Origin: Candidatus Levyibacteriota bacterium
GTDB taxonomy: Bacteria > Patescibacteriota > Microgenomatia > Levybacterales > UBA12049
DNA: 61,394 bases
Direction of reading: 5' to 3'
NCBI GenBank assembly: GCA_016217835.1
Contig: JACRFQ010000008.1
Location: 1-61,394 of the forward strand
In this document: positions 8,815 to 17,559 of the stretch, piece after piece
Layout of the letters: every line of letters starts with the position of its first letter
Position numbering within the stretch: the stretch's first letter is position 1
Notes under the pieces: model-generated
Databases searched by the model: none
What the model was told of the DNA's origin: nothing
The model's input: only the letters and a program-made list of their open reading frames with translations
Position numbers and translations under genes: made by a program

Positions 8815-9414
8815 TTATTTTTCTAAAACCAACATTGTCCAGGCAAAAGGAAATCTTTTTGCTAAAATTTTGATGTGCGAACCTGCATTTTCTTTTACAA
8901 ATTTTGGAAAATTGAACATTGTCCAATGATTAATATGTTCTATATCATTGCCCAATCTTGACCAATTCTTGCCTCTAACAAGCTGAGCAAACATAAAAAA
9001 CGGCTCGTTAGGTACCGAAACTACTAAATATTTTTTTGACACTCTAACAAGCTCTTTTAAGGCTTTCTCCGGTTCTTCCAAATGCTCTAACACTTCCGTA
9101 CATAAAACTAAATCAAATGAATTATCTTTATAGGGAAGTTCATAGATATTGCCCTGAGTGATTTTGATATCGGGATAAACTTTTTTACCAAGCTCAATTG
9201 CATCTCTTGAATACTCCAATCCTTCAAGTTTATTACCGATTCCCCGTTCTCTTAGGCGGTTTAGAGTAAAACCCTCACCGCACCCAACATCTAAAATCGA
9301 ATCAACTTTTTTTAATGAAACTAAATTAACCAAATGTCTGAAAAAATTCCATAAAAGAAATCTTTGAATAGGATTTCTGTGTGTATGTTTTTTAAAGTTA
9401 TCTGTTTTTTGCAT
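8815..9414 (-). CDS. class I SAM-dependent methyltransferase
   Basis: ILDVGCGEGFTL (motif I), LVLCTEVLEHLEEP. Start moved to the internal ATG (MQKTDNF), which overlaps the upstream stop as TAATG. Confidence 0.75.
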   Translation of the reverse strand: MQKTDNFKKHTHRNPIQRFLLWNFFRHLVNLVSLKKVDSILDVGCGEGFTLNRLRERGIGNKLEGLEYSRDAIELGKKVYPDIKITQGNIYELPYKDNSFDLVLCTEVLEHLEEPEKALKELVRVSKKYLVVSVPNEPFFMFAQLVRGKNWSRLGNDIEHINHWTMFNFPKFVKENAGSHIKILAKRFPFAWTMLVLEK

Positions 9415-9941
9415 TATAAATTTTTTACTGCGTGATAAGAAACAATTCCTAAAGAAATTATAACATTTAAAGATGTATTTACCCCAAACATGGGAATTTC
9501 GGCAATTGCATCGCACATTTCAAGAGTTTCTTTTGAGCAACCGGTTGTTTCATTTCCGACAACAAAAGCAAGCGGAAGTTGATAATCAATTTTCGTATAA
9601 GGAATGCTCTTGCTGTCTTGCTCAACCGCAATAATTTTGACTTTCGAATTTTGACTTTTGAGTTCATGGATAGCTTCAACCGCAGTTGGAGCGTAGCTCC
9701 ACGCTACCCACTCTGTCGTATTAATTGAAGCCTTTTTGATGCGTGGATTAGGCGGAGTTTCTGTAACGCCGCAAAGATATATTTTTTTAACACCAATAGC
9801 ATCCGCTAAGCGAAAAATTCCGCCCACATTATAAGTATCTAAAATATTATCTAAAATAAAATAAATTTCACGTCTTTTAATTTTAGCAAGCTCTGCTTTT
9901 GAAGGCACAGTAGTCCGTAATTCCTTTGCCACAAGTTTCAT
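9414..9941 (-). CDS. SpoU/TrmH-family RNA 2'-O-methyltransferase
   Basis: YNVGGIFRLADAIGV, VVGNETTG and IPMFGVNTSLNV SPOUT motifs. Confidence 0.8.
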   Translation of the reverse strand: MKLVAKELRTTVPSKAELAKIKRREIYFILDNILDTYNVGGIFRLADAIGVKKIYLCGVTETPPNPRIKKASINTTEWVAWSYAPTAVEAIHELKSQNSKVKIIAVEQDSKSIPYTKIDYQLPLAFVVGNETTGCSKETLEMCDAIAEIPMFGVNTSLNVIISLGIVSYHAVKNL

Positions 9942-9960
9942 AGATGCAATTATACTAGAT

Positions 9961-9988
9961 TTGACAACAACTAGCAGCCTGATATAAT
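9961..9988 (+). promoter_or_regulatory. sigma70-type promoter
   Basis: TTGACA-16 nt-TATAAT, 15 nt before the ATG at 10004, with no Shine-Dalgarno in between. Confidence 0.55.
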
Positions 9989-10003
9989 GCGCTTTAGCTT
10001 ATT

Positions 10004-11587
10004 ATGGCTTCAAACTTATCAAATAGTCCTTTTTCTCCTTTGGCTAATGCGCTGATTAAAGCCTTTGAAGAAAAACAGGAAATAACAACCGATAAAAAAA
10101 TTTCGGTAAATATTTTAGTCACAAAAGTTGCTTCATATTACGAAAAACTTAGAACCTCAATGGATTACGGCAACGAAGAAACAATTTTAAGAAGAGCAAC
10201 TGAAAGAATTTTAAAAAGATTACTTGTTTTAGATACCGACCCGACATCCTTAGCCAAAGACTTAGTCAGAGAACTTATTTGGGCAAGCTATTTTAAAGAC
10301 GACACAGTGCCTGAATCTATCACAAAAAAAGTTTCAGACTCAATCAGACTTCATTTAGAACTTAAAGAAAAAGTTTCAAAGCTAAAATTGAATCAAGAAA
10401 TTGATCTTAATCAATTTATTATTCAGATTTTGTCTTGCGAAATCTATACAATCTTAGCTCCAAATAACCCCCGTGAAGCAATGGCAAATTTTATGTTTCA
10501 GGTTTTAAAAGACAGCGTTGAAATAACCGATGATTCAAAGCAAACAAAGGATGTGCAAGTTTTTATAGCTATCAGAAAAAATTTCGCAAGAGACGATATT
10601 GCATTTTTAAGATATAAATTATTTGTTCAAATCTTTGGAAGACTAACCGATGCTAACCTTAATCAAACAATCTCAAGCTTCCCCGAAGGTTTAAATGAAA
10701 TTATTTATCAGCTTTCTTATCCAAGAAAAGATAGAATTTTTAATCATATTAAAAGAAAAACACCGCCATTTTTAATCCTTTACGACCTGTTACGACAGGA
10801 ACAAACTAACTTAAAAGAACTTATTAAAAACCAGGAAAACTTTAAATCAGTAATCTATGCCATTTGTAATACGAGGTACAATGGTATTAAAAATAAAGTA
10901 AGAACCGCAATTATCCGAAGTTTTATATTTATTCTTTTTACCAAAGCTTTTATGGCGCTTTCCATCGAAGGAGCATTTGAAAGAGTATTTTACGGAAGCG
11001 TACAATGGGGATCAATTGCGCTAAATACCATAGTTCCACCTGTTCTTATGGTAATTGCCGGCATGGGCATAAAAACACCGGATGATAAAAATTCCCATAT
11101 AATTTATTTGGATATTTATAAGTTATTGCTTGAAGAAAATCCAAAAATTACAGAACCTATTTCTTTAAAATTAAAATCCACAAGCGCAAAAACAATTAAG
11201 GATTATGTATTTTCAATACTTTGGTTTTTAAGCATTTTCTTGATTTTTGGAGCAATTAGTGCAATTCTTTCTAAACTTCACTTTAATGTCTTAAGTCAAG
11301 CTATATTTTTATTCTTTATAGCTATAATTTCATTTCTAACCTACAGAATTTATCAAACAGCAAGCGCTTATACGGTGATATTTAAAAAAACCCTTTTAAC
11401 ACCCGTTCTTGATTTCTTCTTTGTTCCAATTATTAGAGTCGGACGAAGTTTTACCGAAGGTATTGCGCAAATAAACTTTATTTTAATCATCATTGACTAT
11501 ATTATCGAAACACCTTTTAAGGGTATCGTTGGATTCTTTGAACAATGGTTTTCCTATTTGGCTGCAAAACGGGAAGAGTTGGAATAA
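10004..11587 (+). CDS. hypothetical multi-pass membrane protein
   Basis: 527-aa ORF with a soluble N-terminal half and several hydrophobic segments in the C-terminal half. Confidence 0.6.
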   Translation: MASNLSNSPFSPLANALIKAFEEKQEITTDKKISVNILVTKVASYYEKLRTSMDYGNEETILRRATERILKRLLVLDTDPTSLAKDLVRELIWASYFKDDTVPESITKKVSDSIRLHLELKEKVSKLKLNQEIDLNQFIIQILSCEIYTILAPNNPREAMANFMFQVLKDSVEITDDSKQTKDVQVFIAIRKNFARDDIAFLRYKLFVQIFGRLTDANLNQTISSFPEGLNEIIYQLSYPRKDRIFNHIKRKTPPFLILYDLLRQEQTNLKELIKNQENFKSVIYAICNTRYNGIKNKVRTAIIRSFIFILFTKAFMALSIEGAFERVFYGSVQWGSIALNTIVPPVLMVIAGMGIKTPDDKNSHIIYLDIYKLLLEENPKITEPISLKLKSTSAKTIKDYVFSILWFLSIFLIFGAISAILSKLHFNVLSQAIFLFFIAIISFLTYRIYQTASAYTVIFKKTLLTPVLDFFFVPIIRVGRSFTEGIAQINFILIIIDYIIETPFKGIVGFFEQWFSYLAAKREELE

Positions 11588-11631
11588 CTTGACAAGCATT
11601 ACACCACGTGAACTATAATAAAAGATACTTT

Positions 11632-12081
11632 ATGACAGCTACAGGACACGCTTTAATCGGAACAGTAATAGCCGCAAAAGTTGGAAATCCCACACTTGCA
11701 GTGCCAATTGCAATTGCTTCACATTTTTTAGCGGATGCACTGCCTCATTGGGATACGGGAACTAATAAGGCAGGAAAGAGCAAACGAACCTTTTTTATAG
11801 AATCTTTCTTTGATGTTTTACTTGGATTTGTTCTATCATGGCTTTTAATAGTTTGGATTTTCCCTGCAACAAATCTTATTTATGCGTTTTTGATTATTAT
11901 TATGGCTCAGCTTCCGGACTGGCTGACCGCCCCATACCTTTTCTTTAACATGAAATTCTTCCCCTTTAAAAATATCTACCACTTCCAGAAAAAATTCGAC
12001 ACAACCCTAGGACTTCCCTGGGGGTTTATCAATCAGGCAGCTGTAGTTTTAGCCTTAATCTTCTTTGGCCGGATGCTCTAG
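11632..12081 (+). CDS. hypothetical membrane protein (possibly a membrane-bound metal-dependent hydrolase-like fold)
   Basis: HALIGT...SHFLADALPHWD histidine-rich motifs and 4 predicted TM segments. ATG 11632 preferred over GTG 11608 because TATAAT lies at 11614-11619. Confidence 0.5.
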   Translation: MTATGHALIGTVIAAKVGNPTLAVPIAIASHFLADALPHWDTGTNKAGKSKRTFFIESFFDVLLGFVLSWLLIVWIFPATNLIYAFLIIIMAQLPDWLTAPYLFFNMKFFPFKNIYHFQKKFDTTLGLPWGFINQAAVVLALIFFGRML

Positions 12082-12089
12082 TTGAAAAC

Positions 12090-12659
12090 GTGAAACTAAT
12101 TAATTTTTATCAAAAACTGCCCAAATCTTTAACCACAGTTACCCCGTTTTCTAAACTCTTAACAATAACTTTGTTTATTGCTCTTCCACTCTTTTGTTTT
12201 TATCTTGGTCTTAACCTTGGGTTATCTTCCAAGGAACAATTTCAAAATAATCAACAAACAGTCTGCACAATGGAAGCAAAACTTTGCCCTGACGGCTCAA
12301 GTGTTGGAAGAACAGGTCCAAAATGTGAATTCGCCAAATGTCCTGAACAATCTACTCCTACTCCAACTTGCAAACCAAGGCCTGCATGCTTAGATGCAAC
12401 TCCAAGATGTATGATACCCGAAACTTCTGACATGTGCCCGAAAGCAGATCAAAAACCCGTTATTGGAACAGACTGTAAACTTGGCGGATGCAGCAATGAA
12501 CTTTGTCAAAATGAATCAGACGAACCAATAGCGAGTGCTTGTATTTATAAAACTTCTTATGCTTGCTATAAAACAGCAAGATGCGAAAAACAAGCAAGCG
12601 GAAAATGCGGCTGGACTCAAACCACCCAACTTTCAACTTGCCTTAATAATTCAAAATAA
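12090..12659 (+). CDS. secreted/anchored cysteine-rich protein
   Basis: GTG start, N-terminal TM segment, then about 18 Cys in patterned spacing (CPDGSSVGRTGPKCEFAKCP; C-terminal eight-Cys cluster ...GKCGWTQ). Confidence 0.6.
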   Translation: MKLINFYQKLPKSLTTVTPFSKLLTITLFIALPLFCFYLGLNLGLSSKEQFQNNQQTVCTMEAKLCPDGSSVGRTGPKCEFAKCPEQSTPTPTCKPRPACLDATPRCMIPETSDMCPKADQKPVIGTDCKLGGCSNELCQNESDEPIASACIYKTSYACYKTARCEKQASGKCGWTQTTQLSTCLNNSK

Positions 12660-12660
12660 C

Positions 12661-14919
12661 TTATCCTGTGGTTTTAACAAGATTTTCTTTTGGATTCTTG
12701 ATATCTTCAAGTTTCCAGGCAGCAAATGTGCAGGCGGGGTAATTACTGCAACCATAGAAACGGCGGCCTTTTTTAGTCTTTTTGAATATAATTCTTCCTC
12801 GCCCGCCATCGCTACGCTCAGGCGTTGCGGGCGGGGCTCCATTACCACATTTTGGACAAGGAATATTCGTATCTACTATAAATGGTTTTGTAAATTTGCA
12901 AGTTGGAAAATTTTCGCATGCCATAAATTTACCAAATCTTCCAATTCTTATTATTAAATGTCCTTTATCTTCCGAACAAATTTCATCTGTTTTTTCAACT
13001 TCTATTTTTACTCTTACTGCTTCTTTAACTTGACCCAAGGATTTCTCAAAAGGAGTATAAAAATCTTTAATTACCGGCACCCATTTTTTTGTTCCGTTTG
13101 CAATATCATCTAAACTCTCCTCCATTGCTGCTGTAAAAGGAATATCATCAATTGTTGAAAAATTCGTAACCAAAAAATCATTTACGGCAACGCCAACACT
13201 TGTCGGAAAAAACTTTCCTTCGTTTTTTTCTATATATTGCCTTGATTCAATTGTTGAAATAATCGTTGCATAAGTAGAAGGTCTTCCGATTCCTTTTTCT
13301 TCCAAAGTTTTAATTATCGAAGCGTCATTATATCTTGGCGGAGGAGGGGTTTCGTGAAATTCGCTTAAAACAGAAACAAAATCAAGTTTTTCATTTGCTA
13401 TAAACTCAGGCAATCTATTATCGTTTAGGGCAGCCGGATTTATTTTTAAAAATCCGTCAAATACTAATACGCTTCCGTTAGCCTTTAAACGATATTCGGA
13501 GTTTTGATTTTTGATTTTTGATTTTTGATTTTGAGAGTCCACAATTACAGATGTAGACTCGGTAACCGCATCTGCCATCTGTGTTGCCAGTGTCCTTGCC
13601 CAAATAACATCATAAAGTTTTCCGTATTGAATTCCCAGCTGATTGCTAACGACTGATGGCAAAACGCTAATCTTGGCAGGTCTTATTGCTTCGTGAGCTT
13701 CCTGAGCATTTTTTTGAGTTACTTTGTAGTATCTTGGCTTTGGAGGCAAATATTTGTCTCCAAATTCTTTTTTTACATAATCGCTCATCGAAACCCTTGC
13801 GCTTTCTGAAATTGCAGGTGAATCGGTTCTATGATAAGTAATATAACCTTCTTCATAGAGCTTTTGCGCCAAACCCATTGTTCTTCTTCCGGAAAGCCCC
13901 ATTCTTCTTGCGGCATCCTGCTGTAAAGTTGAAGTTGTATATGGCGGAGGCGGAGTTCTTTTTATTTCCTTTTTGATAACATCTAACACCATGAAATCTT
14001 TTGTTTTTAAATCCTCTTCAATTTGTTTTGCTTTTGCCTCTGTATCAATTAAAGTCTTTGCATAGTTATATTCCCCATCGTATAAATTAAGCTTTTGGGA
14101 AATTTCAATTTTTCCCGCCTGCAACGCTTGTGCTTGCACTGCGGGCAGGTTACCATCAATTTCAATAAGTTCGAAAGCTACTCCGTCGGATTTAAGATTT
14201 AAGATTTTAGATTTAAGATTTACACTTATTGTCCAATAATTTTCTTTTTTAAACTTTTCTATTTCTTTTTCCCGCTCGACAATCAAACGGAGCGCAACCG
14301 ATTGAACCCTTCCTGCTGATAATCCTCTTCTGATCTTTTGCCACAAAATAGGCGAAAGTTTGTAGCCGACCAAGCGGTCAAGAACCCTTCTTGCGGTTTG
14401 CGCGTCAACCAAATTCTGATCAACTTCTCTTGGATGCTTAAAAGCTTCTTCAATTGCTTCTTTTGTAATTTCATGAAAAACAATTCTAGAAATAGACGGT
14501 AGATGATGGATAGTAGAAGATGGATTTTTGAAGTTTGAAGTTAGAGGGTCGATTTTCTTTCGTTCTATTCTCAATTTTCTATCTTCAACTCCCACCTTCA
14601 ATCTTCTATCTTCTATTGTCAATATTTGCGCAACGTGCGAAGCGATTGCTTCCCCCTCTCTGTCTGGATCGGTTGCAAGAATTATATTATCAACACCTTT
14701 ACTTAAACTTTTAATTTCTGACAAAATCTTTTTTTTATCAGGCATCATCTGATAATTGGGTTTAAAATCATGCTCAAGATCAACCCCAAGTGTGCTTTTA
14801 GGCAAATCCATAACGTGCCCCATCGAAGCAATGATTTCGTAATCCTGCCCTAAAAATTTCCCGATTGTCTTTGCTTTTGTTGGCGACTCTACTATTACCA
14901 AGTACTTCATAATTTTCAC
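12661..14919 (-). CDS. topA: DNA topoisomerase I with repeat-derived in-frame insertions
   Basis: Toprim LVIVESPTKAKTI / DPDREGEAI, active-site region YITYHRTDS, C-terminal Cys4 zinc ribbons. Confidence 0.95.
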   Translation of the reverse strand: MKIMKYLVIVESPTKAKTIGKFLGQDYEIIASMGHVMDLPKSTLGVDLEHDFKPNYQMMPDKKKILSEIKSLSKGVDNIILATDPDREGEAIASHVAQILTIEDRRLKVGVEDRKLRIERKKIDPLTSNFKNPSSTIHHLPSISRIVFHEITKEAIEEAFKHPREVDQNLVDAQTARRVLDRLVGYKLSPILWQKIRRGLSAGRVQSVALRLIVEREKEIEKFKKENYWTISVNLKSKILNLKSDGVAFELIEIDGNLPAVQAQALQAGKIEISQKLNLYDGEYNYAKTLIDTEAKAKQIEEDLKTKDFMVLDVIKKEIKRTPPPPYTTSTLQQDAARRMGLSGRRTMGLAQKLYEEGYITYHRTDSPAISESARVSMSDYVKKEFGDKYLPPKPRYYKVTQKNAQEAHEAIRPAKISVLPSVVSNQLGIQYGKLYDVIWARTLATQMADAVTESTSVIVDSQNQKSKIKNQNSEYRLKANGSVLVFDGFLKINPAALNDNRLPEFIANEKLDFVSVLSEFHETPPPPRYNDASIIKTLEEKGIGRPSTYATIISTIESRQYIEKNEGKFFPTSVGVAVNDFLVTNFSTIDDIPFTAAMEESLDDIANGTKKWVPVIKDFYTPFEKSLGQVKEAVRVKIEVEKTDEICSEDKGHLIIRIGRFGKFMACENFPTCKFTKPFIVDTNIPCPKCGNGAPPATPERSDGGRGRIIFKKTKKGRRFYGCSNYPACTFAAWKLEDIKNPKENLVKTTG
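13501..13537. repeat. heptamer repeat (TTTTGAT)n inside topA
   Basis: gttttgatttttgatttttgatttttgattttgagag, translated NQKSKIKNQN. Near-identical to 17923-17959 in mrdA. Confidence 0.8.
14114..14150. repeat. GC-rich hairpin repeat, copy inside topA
   Basis: CCCGCCTGCAACGCTT-gtgcttgcac-TGCGGGCAGGT, translated LPAVQAQALQAG. Confidence 0.8.
14495..14620. repeat. MITE-like palindromic element, copy C, in frame inside topA
   Basis: 126 nt (42 codons), termini GACGGTAGATGATGG ... CTTCTATTGTC. Encodes TIEDRRLKVGVEDRKLRIERKKIDPLTSNFKNPSSTIHHLPS between the Toprim motif and FHEIT. Confidence 0.8.
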
Positions 14920-14923
14920 CTGT

Positions 14924-14990
14924 CCTGTTAAAATTGCTCCGTGAGCCGTGTACGAATAGTACTTAAAGGCGAACGGTAAAACTTAATAGG
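14924..14990. repeat. R-family repeat, copy R4 (immediately upstream of the topA start)
   Basis: CCTGTTAA...GAGCCGTGTACGAATAGTACTTAAAGGCGAACGG...TTAATAGG. Confidence 0.7.
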
Positions 14991-15026
14991 ATAAACTCTT
15001 TTTACTCTAAAGAAGTATACATGACC

Positions 15027-15082
15027 TTGTCAAGTATTAAAGATTTTGTTATTATTATTGCGTACTAACACGTTAGTACGCA
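15027..15082 (+). promoter_or_regulatory. promoter plus 24-bp perfect palindromic operator
   Basis: TTGTCA-17 nt-TATTAT (15027-15055), followed by TGCGTACTAAC-AC-GTTAGTACGCA (15059-15082) just upstream of the AbrB-like ORF. Confidence 0.6.
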
Positions 15083-15096
15083 AAGATTAAATAAAT

Positions 15097-15258
15097 ATGG
15101 TTAGGAAAGTTTTTAGAGTCGGACATTCTGTTTGTGTAACATTAGATAAAAAAATGCTTTTAAGTCTTGGTATGGATGGACTCACCCAGGTTTGGGTTGA
15201 ACCGGACAAAAATAAAAAACAAATAATTATAAGAAAACGCAGCGAAAACGACTGGTAA
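15097..15258 (+). CDS. AbrB/MazE/SpoVT-family DNA-binding protein (53 aa)
   Basis: Below the ORF-track size cutoff. Manual translation: MVRKVFRVGHSVCVTLDKKMLLSLGMDGLTQVWVEPDKNKKQIIIRKRSENDW, a swapped-hairpin SpoVT/AbrB signature (RVGHSxxVTLxK). Confidence 0.65.
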   Translation: MVRKVFRVGHSVCVTLDKKMLLSLGMDGLTQVWVEPDKNKKQIIIRKRSENDW

Positions 15259-15297
15259 TTTGACACAATGTTCAATTTCTGAAACACTTAAATCGCA

Positions 15298-16245
15298 ATG
15301 GACAATCAAAATCCTAATCAGGAACCAAATTTACCTAATACGCAAAATCCTGCAGTTACCCAAACTCCTATTCCCAAATCTGAACCTCAATCAGCTCAAG
15401 CCCCTAAACCATCCTCAAAGCTAAAATATACGCTAATAATCCTCGGCATATTAGAAATTCCTCTCTCAGTTATCTATTTATTATATATGCTTCCGTATTT
15501 ACTTGAATATAAAATTATTAATGTTCCTCTAGAACCTATTTATTACTTCACATTATTCATTTTATTAATTTCTTTGTTTACTGCAATTACCCAAATAATA
15601 ATAGGCGTATCCTCTTTGCATCTAAAACTCGGAAGGACAAAAACAGTTATGATTATTATTTTAGGAATTTTTTCGTCTGGCTTACTTCCCGTATTGAATC
15701 CCTTTTCTTTTGTAAGCTCACTATATTCAGTTACTTATCGCTTGAATCATCCCCCAACTACAATGATTTCGCCTACAAAAATACCTCTGAAATTAATTGC
15801 AATTCCTCAAGTAGATAAATCCGGTTGGAAAATTTATAACGATAAGTATATATCTTTAAAATATCCCCCATCTTGGACAATTAAATTTTCTACTCCATCA
15901 GCTAATCAGGAGAATCTTGAAAAATTCGTCAAAATTCAAGATATTGAACTTTCCGGCAAAGAAGGAAAAGTTTCTGTACATTGGCTTGATGTATGGAATG
16001 CTCCAGTATGTACAAGCGAACCAAATTTGTGGAGAGAAATTAGAGTTGACAACTCAGTCTTAAGTGTATGTTATAAAAATGAGGTTGGAAAAGAAACTTG
16101 GCAAGATCTAAATAAGATATTCAATTCTTTTGGGTTTCAAATAAATGCCGAATCTAATACTAGTTTAGAGGCAGAAAGAAATATTATTTTAGGCATTATA
16201 TCAACTTTTAAAACATCTCCTATATTTACCGAGATTAAACTATAA
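15298..16245 (+). CDS. hypothetical membrane protein
   Basis: Q/P/N-rich N-terminus, about 4 TM segments, C-terminal soluble domain. Confidence 0.55.
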   Translation: MDNQNPNQEPNLPNTQNPAVTQTPIPKSEPQSAQAPKPSSKLKYTLIILGILEIPLSVIYLLYMLPYLLEYKIINVPLEPIYYFTLFILLISLFTAITQIIIGVSSLHLKLGRTKTVMIIILGIFSSGLLPVLNPFSFVSSLYSVTYRLNHPPTTMISPTKIPLKLIAIPQVDKSGWKIYNDKYISLKYPPSWTIKFSTPSANQENLEKFVKIQDIELSGKEGKVSVHWLDVWNAPVCTSEPNLWREIRVDNSVLSVCYKNEVGKETWQDLNKIFNSFGFQINAESNTSLEAERNIILGIISTFKTSPIFTEIKL

Positions 16246-17335
16246 TTTTAGAATGTAAAGAGTAATTGCCACCTGAATTTTTTATAATCCCCTTTATCTC
16301 CATCATCGAAAGTAAAATTCCTGCTTTTGAAGAATCCATTTTTAGCTTTCTAACAATTTCGTCAAAATGCAAAGCTTCGTTTTCCAAAAGATCAATAATC
16401 TTTTTCTCTTCTTTCGTGAGGTTTCCAAATTTTGAATTTTGAATTGTACTTTTTAGTTTTGACTTTTGAATTTTGAATTCCTTTAATATATCTTCCGCAT
16501 CCACCACTAGTTTTGCTCCCCGTTCTATTAACTTCAACGGCGCTTTAGAGAGAGATGAAGTAATCGGCCCGGGAATCGCAAAAACCTTGCGTTTGAATTT
16601 GAATGCGTAATCTGCAGTAATAAGACTTCCCGAATCTGCTGCCCCTTCTGTAACTAAAACGCCCAGAGAAAGCCCTGCGATAATTCTGTTTCGGGAAGGA
16701 AATGAACCCTGCGTTGGCGATTGTCCTAAGGGAAATTCCGAAACTATAATTCCATTATTTTCCAAAATTTTATCGTAAAGCTGTTCGTTTGAACTTGGAA
16801 AACATAAGTCCACACCATTTCCTAAAACCGCAATTGTTTTGCCACCGGCTTCAATCGCGCTTGAGGAAGCAACAGCATCAACGCCCATTGCAAGACCTGA
16901 AACAACTGTGAATCCCGACATTGCAAGCTCTTCTGAAAATAATTTCGTCACAACACTACCGTAATTTGTAATCTTACGCGTTCCGACAACTGCGATTGTT
17001 TTTTCTAAATTTACTTTTGAAATGTCTCCTTTTACGTATAAAACAATCGGTGGATTTTCAATCTCTTTTAAAAGTTTTGGATATTCTTTATCACAAAGCG
17101 CGATAAACGAGGCTTTTTTGTATTTTAGCTTTTCAAGATAGCTTTCGATGTCTAATTCACTTCTTGCCTTCTCGAGTTTTTGAATTGACCTTTCACTCAA
17201 ACCTGCCTGTTTTAAATCTGCTGCCGATGCGAACCAAGCTTTTTCGGCAGTTTTAAAATGCCGCAAGATTAAAATAAAAGTTTTCGGACCGATTCCATTT
17301 ATCAAAGAAAAAGCTAAATAATAATCTCTTTCCAT
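16235..17335 (-). CDS. dprA: DNA-processing protein DprA
   Basis: GLAMGVDAVASSSAIEAGGKTIAVLGNGVD, FPSRNRIIAGLS and a C-terminal winged-helix. Linker KIQKSKLKSTIQNSKF is encoded by the repeat at 16425-16481. Confidence 0.9.
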   Translation of the reverse strand: MERDYYLAFSLINGIGPKTFILILRHFKTAEKAWFASAADLKQAGLSERSIQKLEKARSELDIESYLEKLKYKKASFIALCDKEYPKLLKEIENPPIVLYVKGDISKVNLEKTIAVVGTRKITNYGSVVTKLFSEELAMSGFTVVSGLAMGVDAVASSSAIEAGGKTIAVLGNGVDLCFPSSNEQLYDKILENNGIIVSEFPLGQSPTQGSFPSRNRIIAGLSLGVLVTEGAADSGSLITADYAFKFKRKVFAIPGPITSSLSKAPLKLIERGAKLVVDAEDILKEFKIQKSKLKSTIQNSKFGNLTKEEKKIIDLLENEALHFDEIVRKLKMDSSKAGILLSMMEIKGIIKNSGGNYSLHSKIIV

Positions 17336-17371
17336 ATTGACATTAATTACCTTAGTTGTAGAATACCAGAA

Positions 17372-17557
17372 ATGAGATCCGTAATTAAATATTCATTTTT
17401 TGCATATATACTTCTTGGATTTCTTTTCTTTTATGAAATTAATCTTGCTTTAAATGCGAAAAATGTTTTGGAAAAAAAAGTTAAAGGAATTTCAACTCAA
17501 ATAAAAGAAATCGAAGCCTATCAAGAAGAGATTTCAAATTTTAATGCCTCAGAATGA
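17372..17557 (+). CDS. small hypothetical membrane protein
   Basis: 61-aa ORF with one TM segment and a coiled-coil-like tail; weak. Confidence 0.3.
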   Translation: MRSVIKYSFFAYILLGFLFFYEINLALNAKNVLEKKVKGISTQIKEIEAYQEEISNFNASE

Positions 17558-17559
17558 TA

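Noticed and set aside
12178-13033. ORFs 12178-12393, 12251-12433, 12535-12957, 12651-12848 and 12782-13033
   Set aside because: They are alternative-frame or antisense ORFs within the Cys-rich protein gene and the topA C-terminal zinc-ribbon region.
14495-14620. Intein or intron explanation for the extra 42 codons in topA
   Set aside because: There are no intein junction residues or blocks. The size is far too small, and the nucleotide sequence matches non-coding palindromic copies at 6341-6455 and 45131-45256.
15087-15287. ORF 15087-15287(-)
   Set aside because: It is antisense to the 53-aa AbrB-type ORF, which has a recognisable fold signature and its own promoter/operator.
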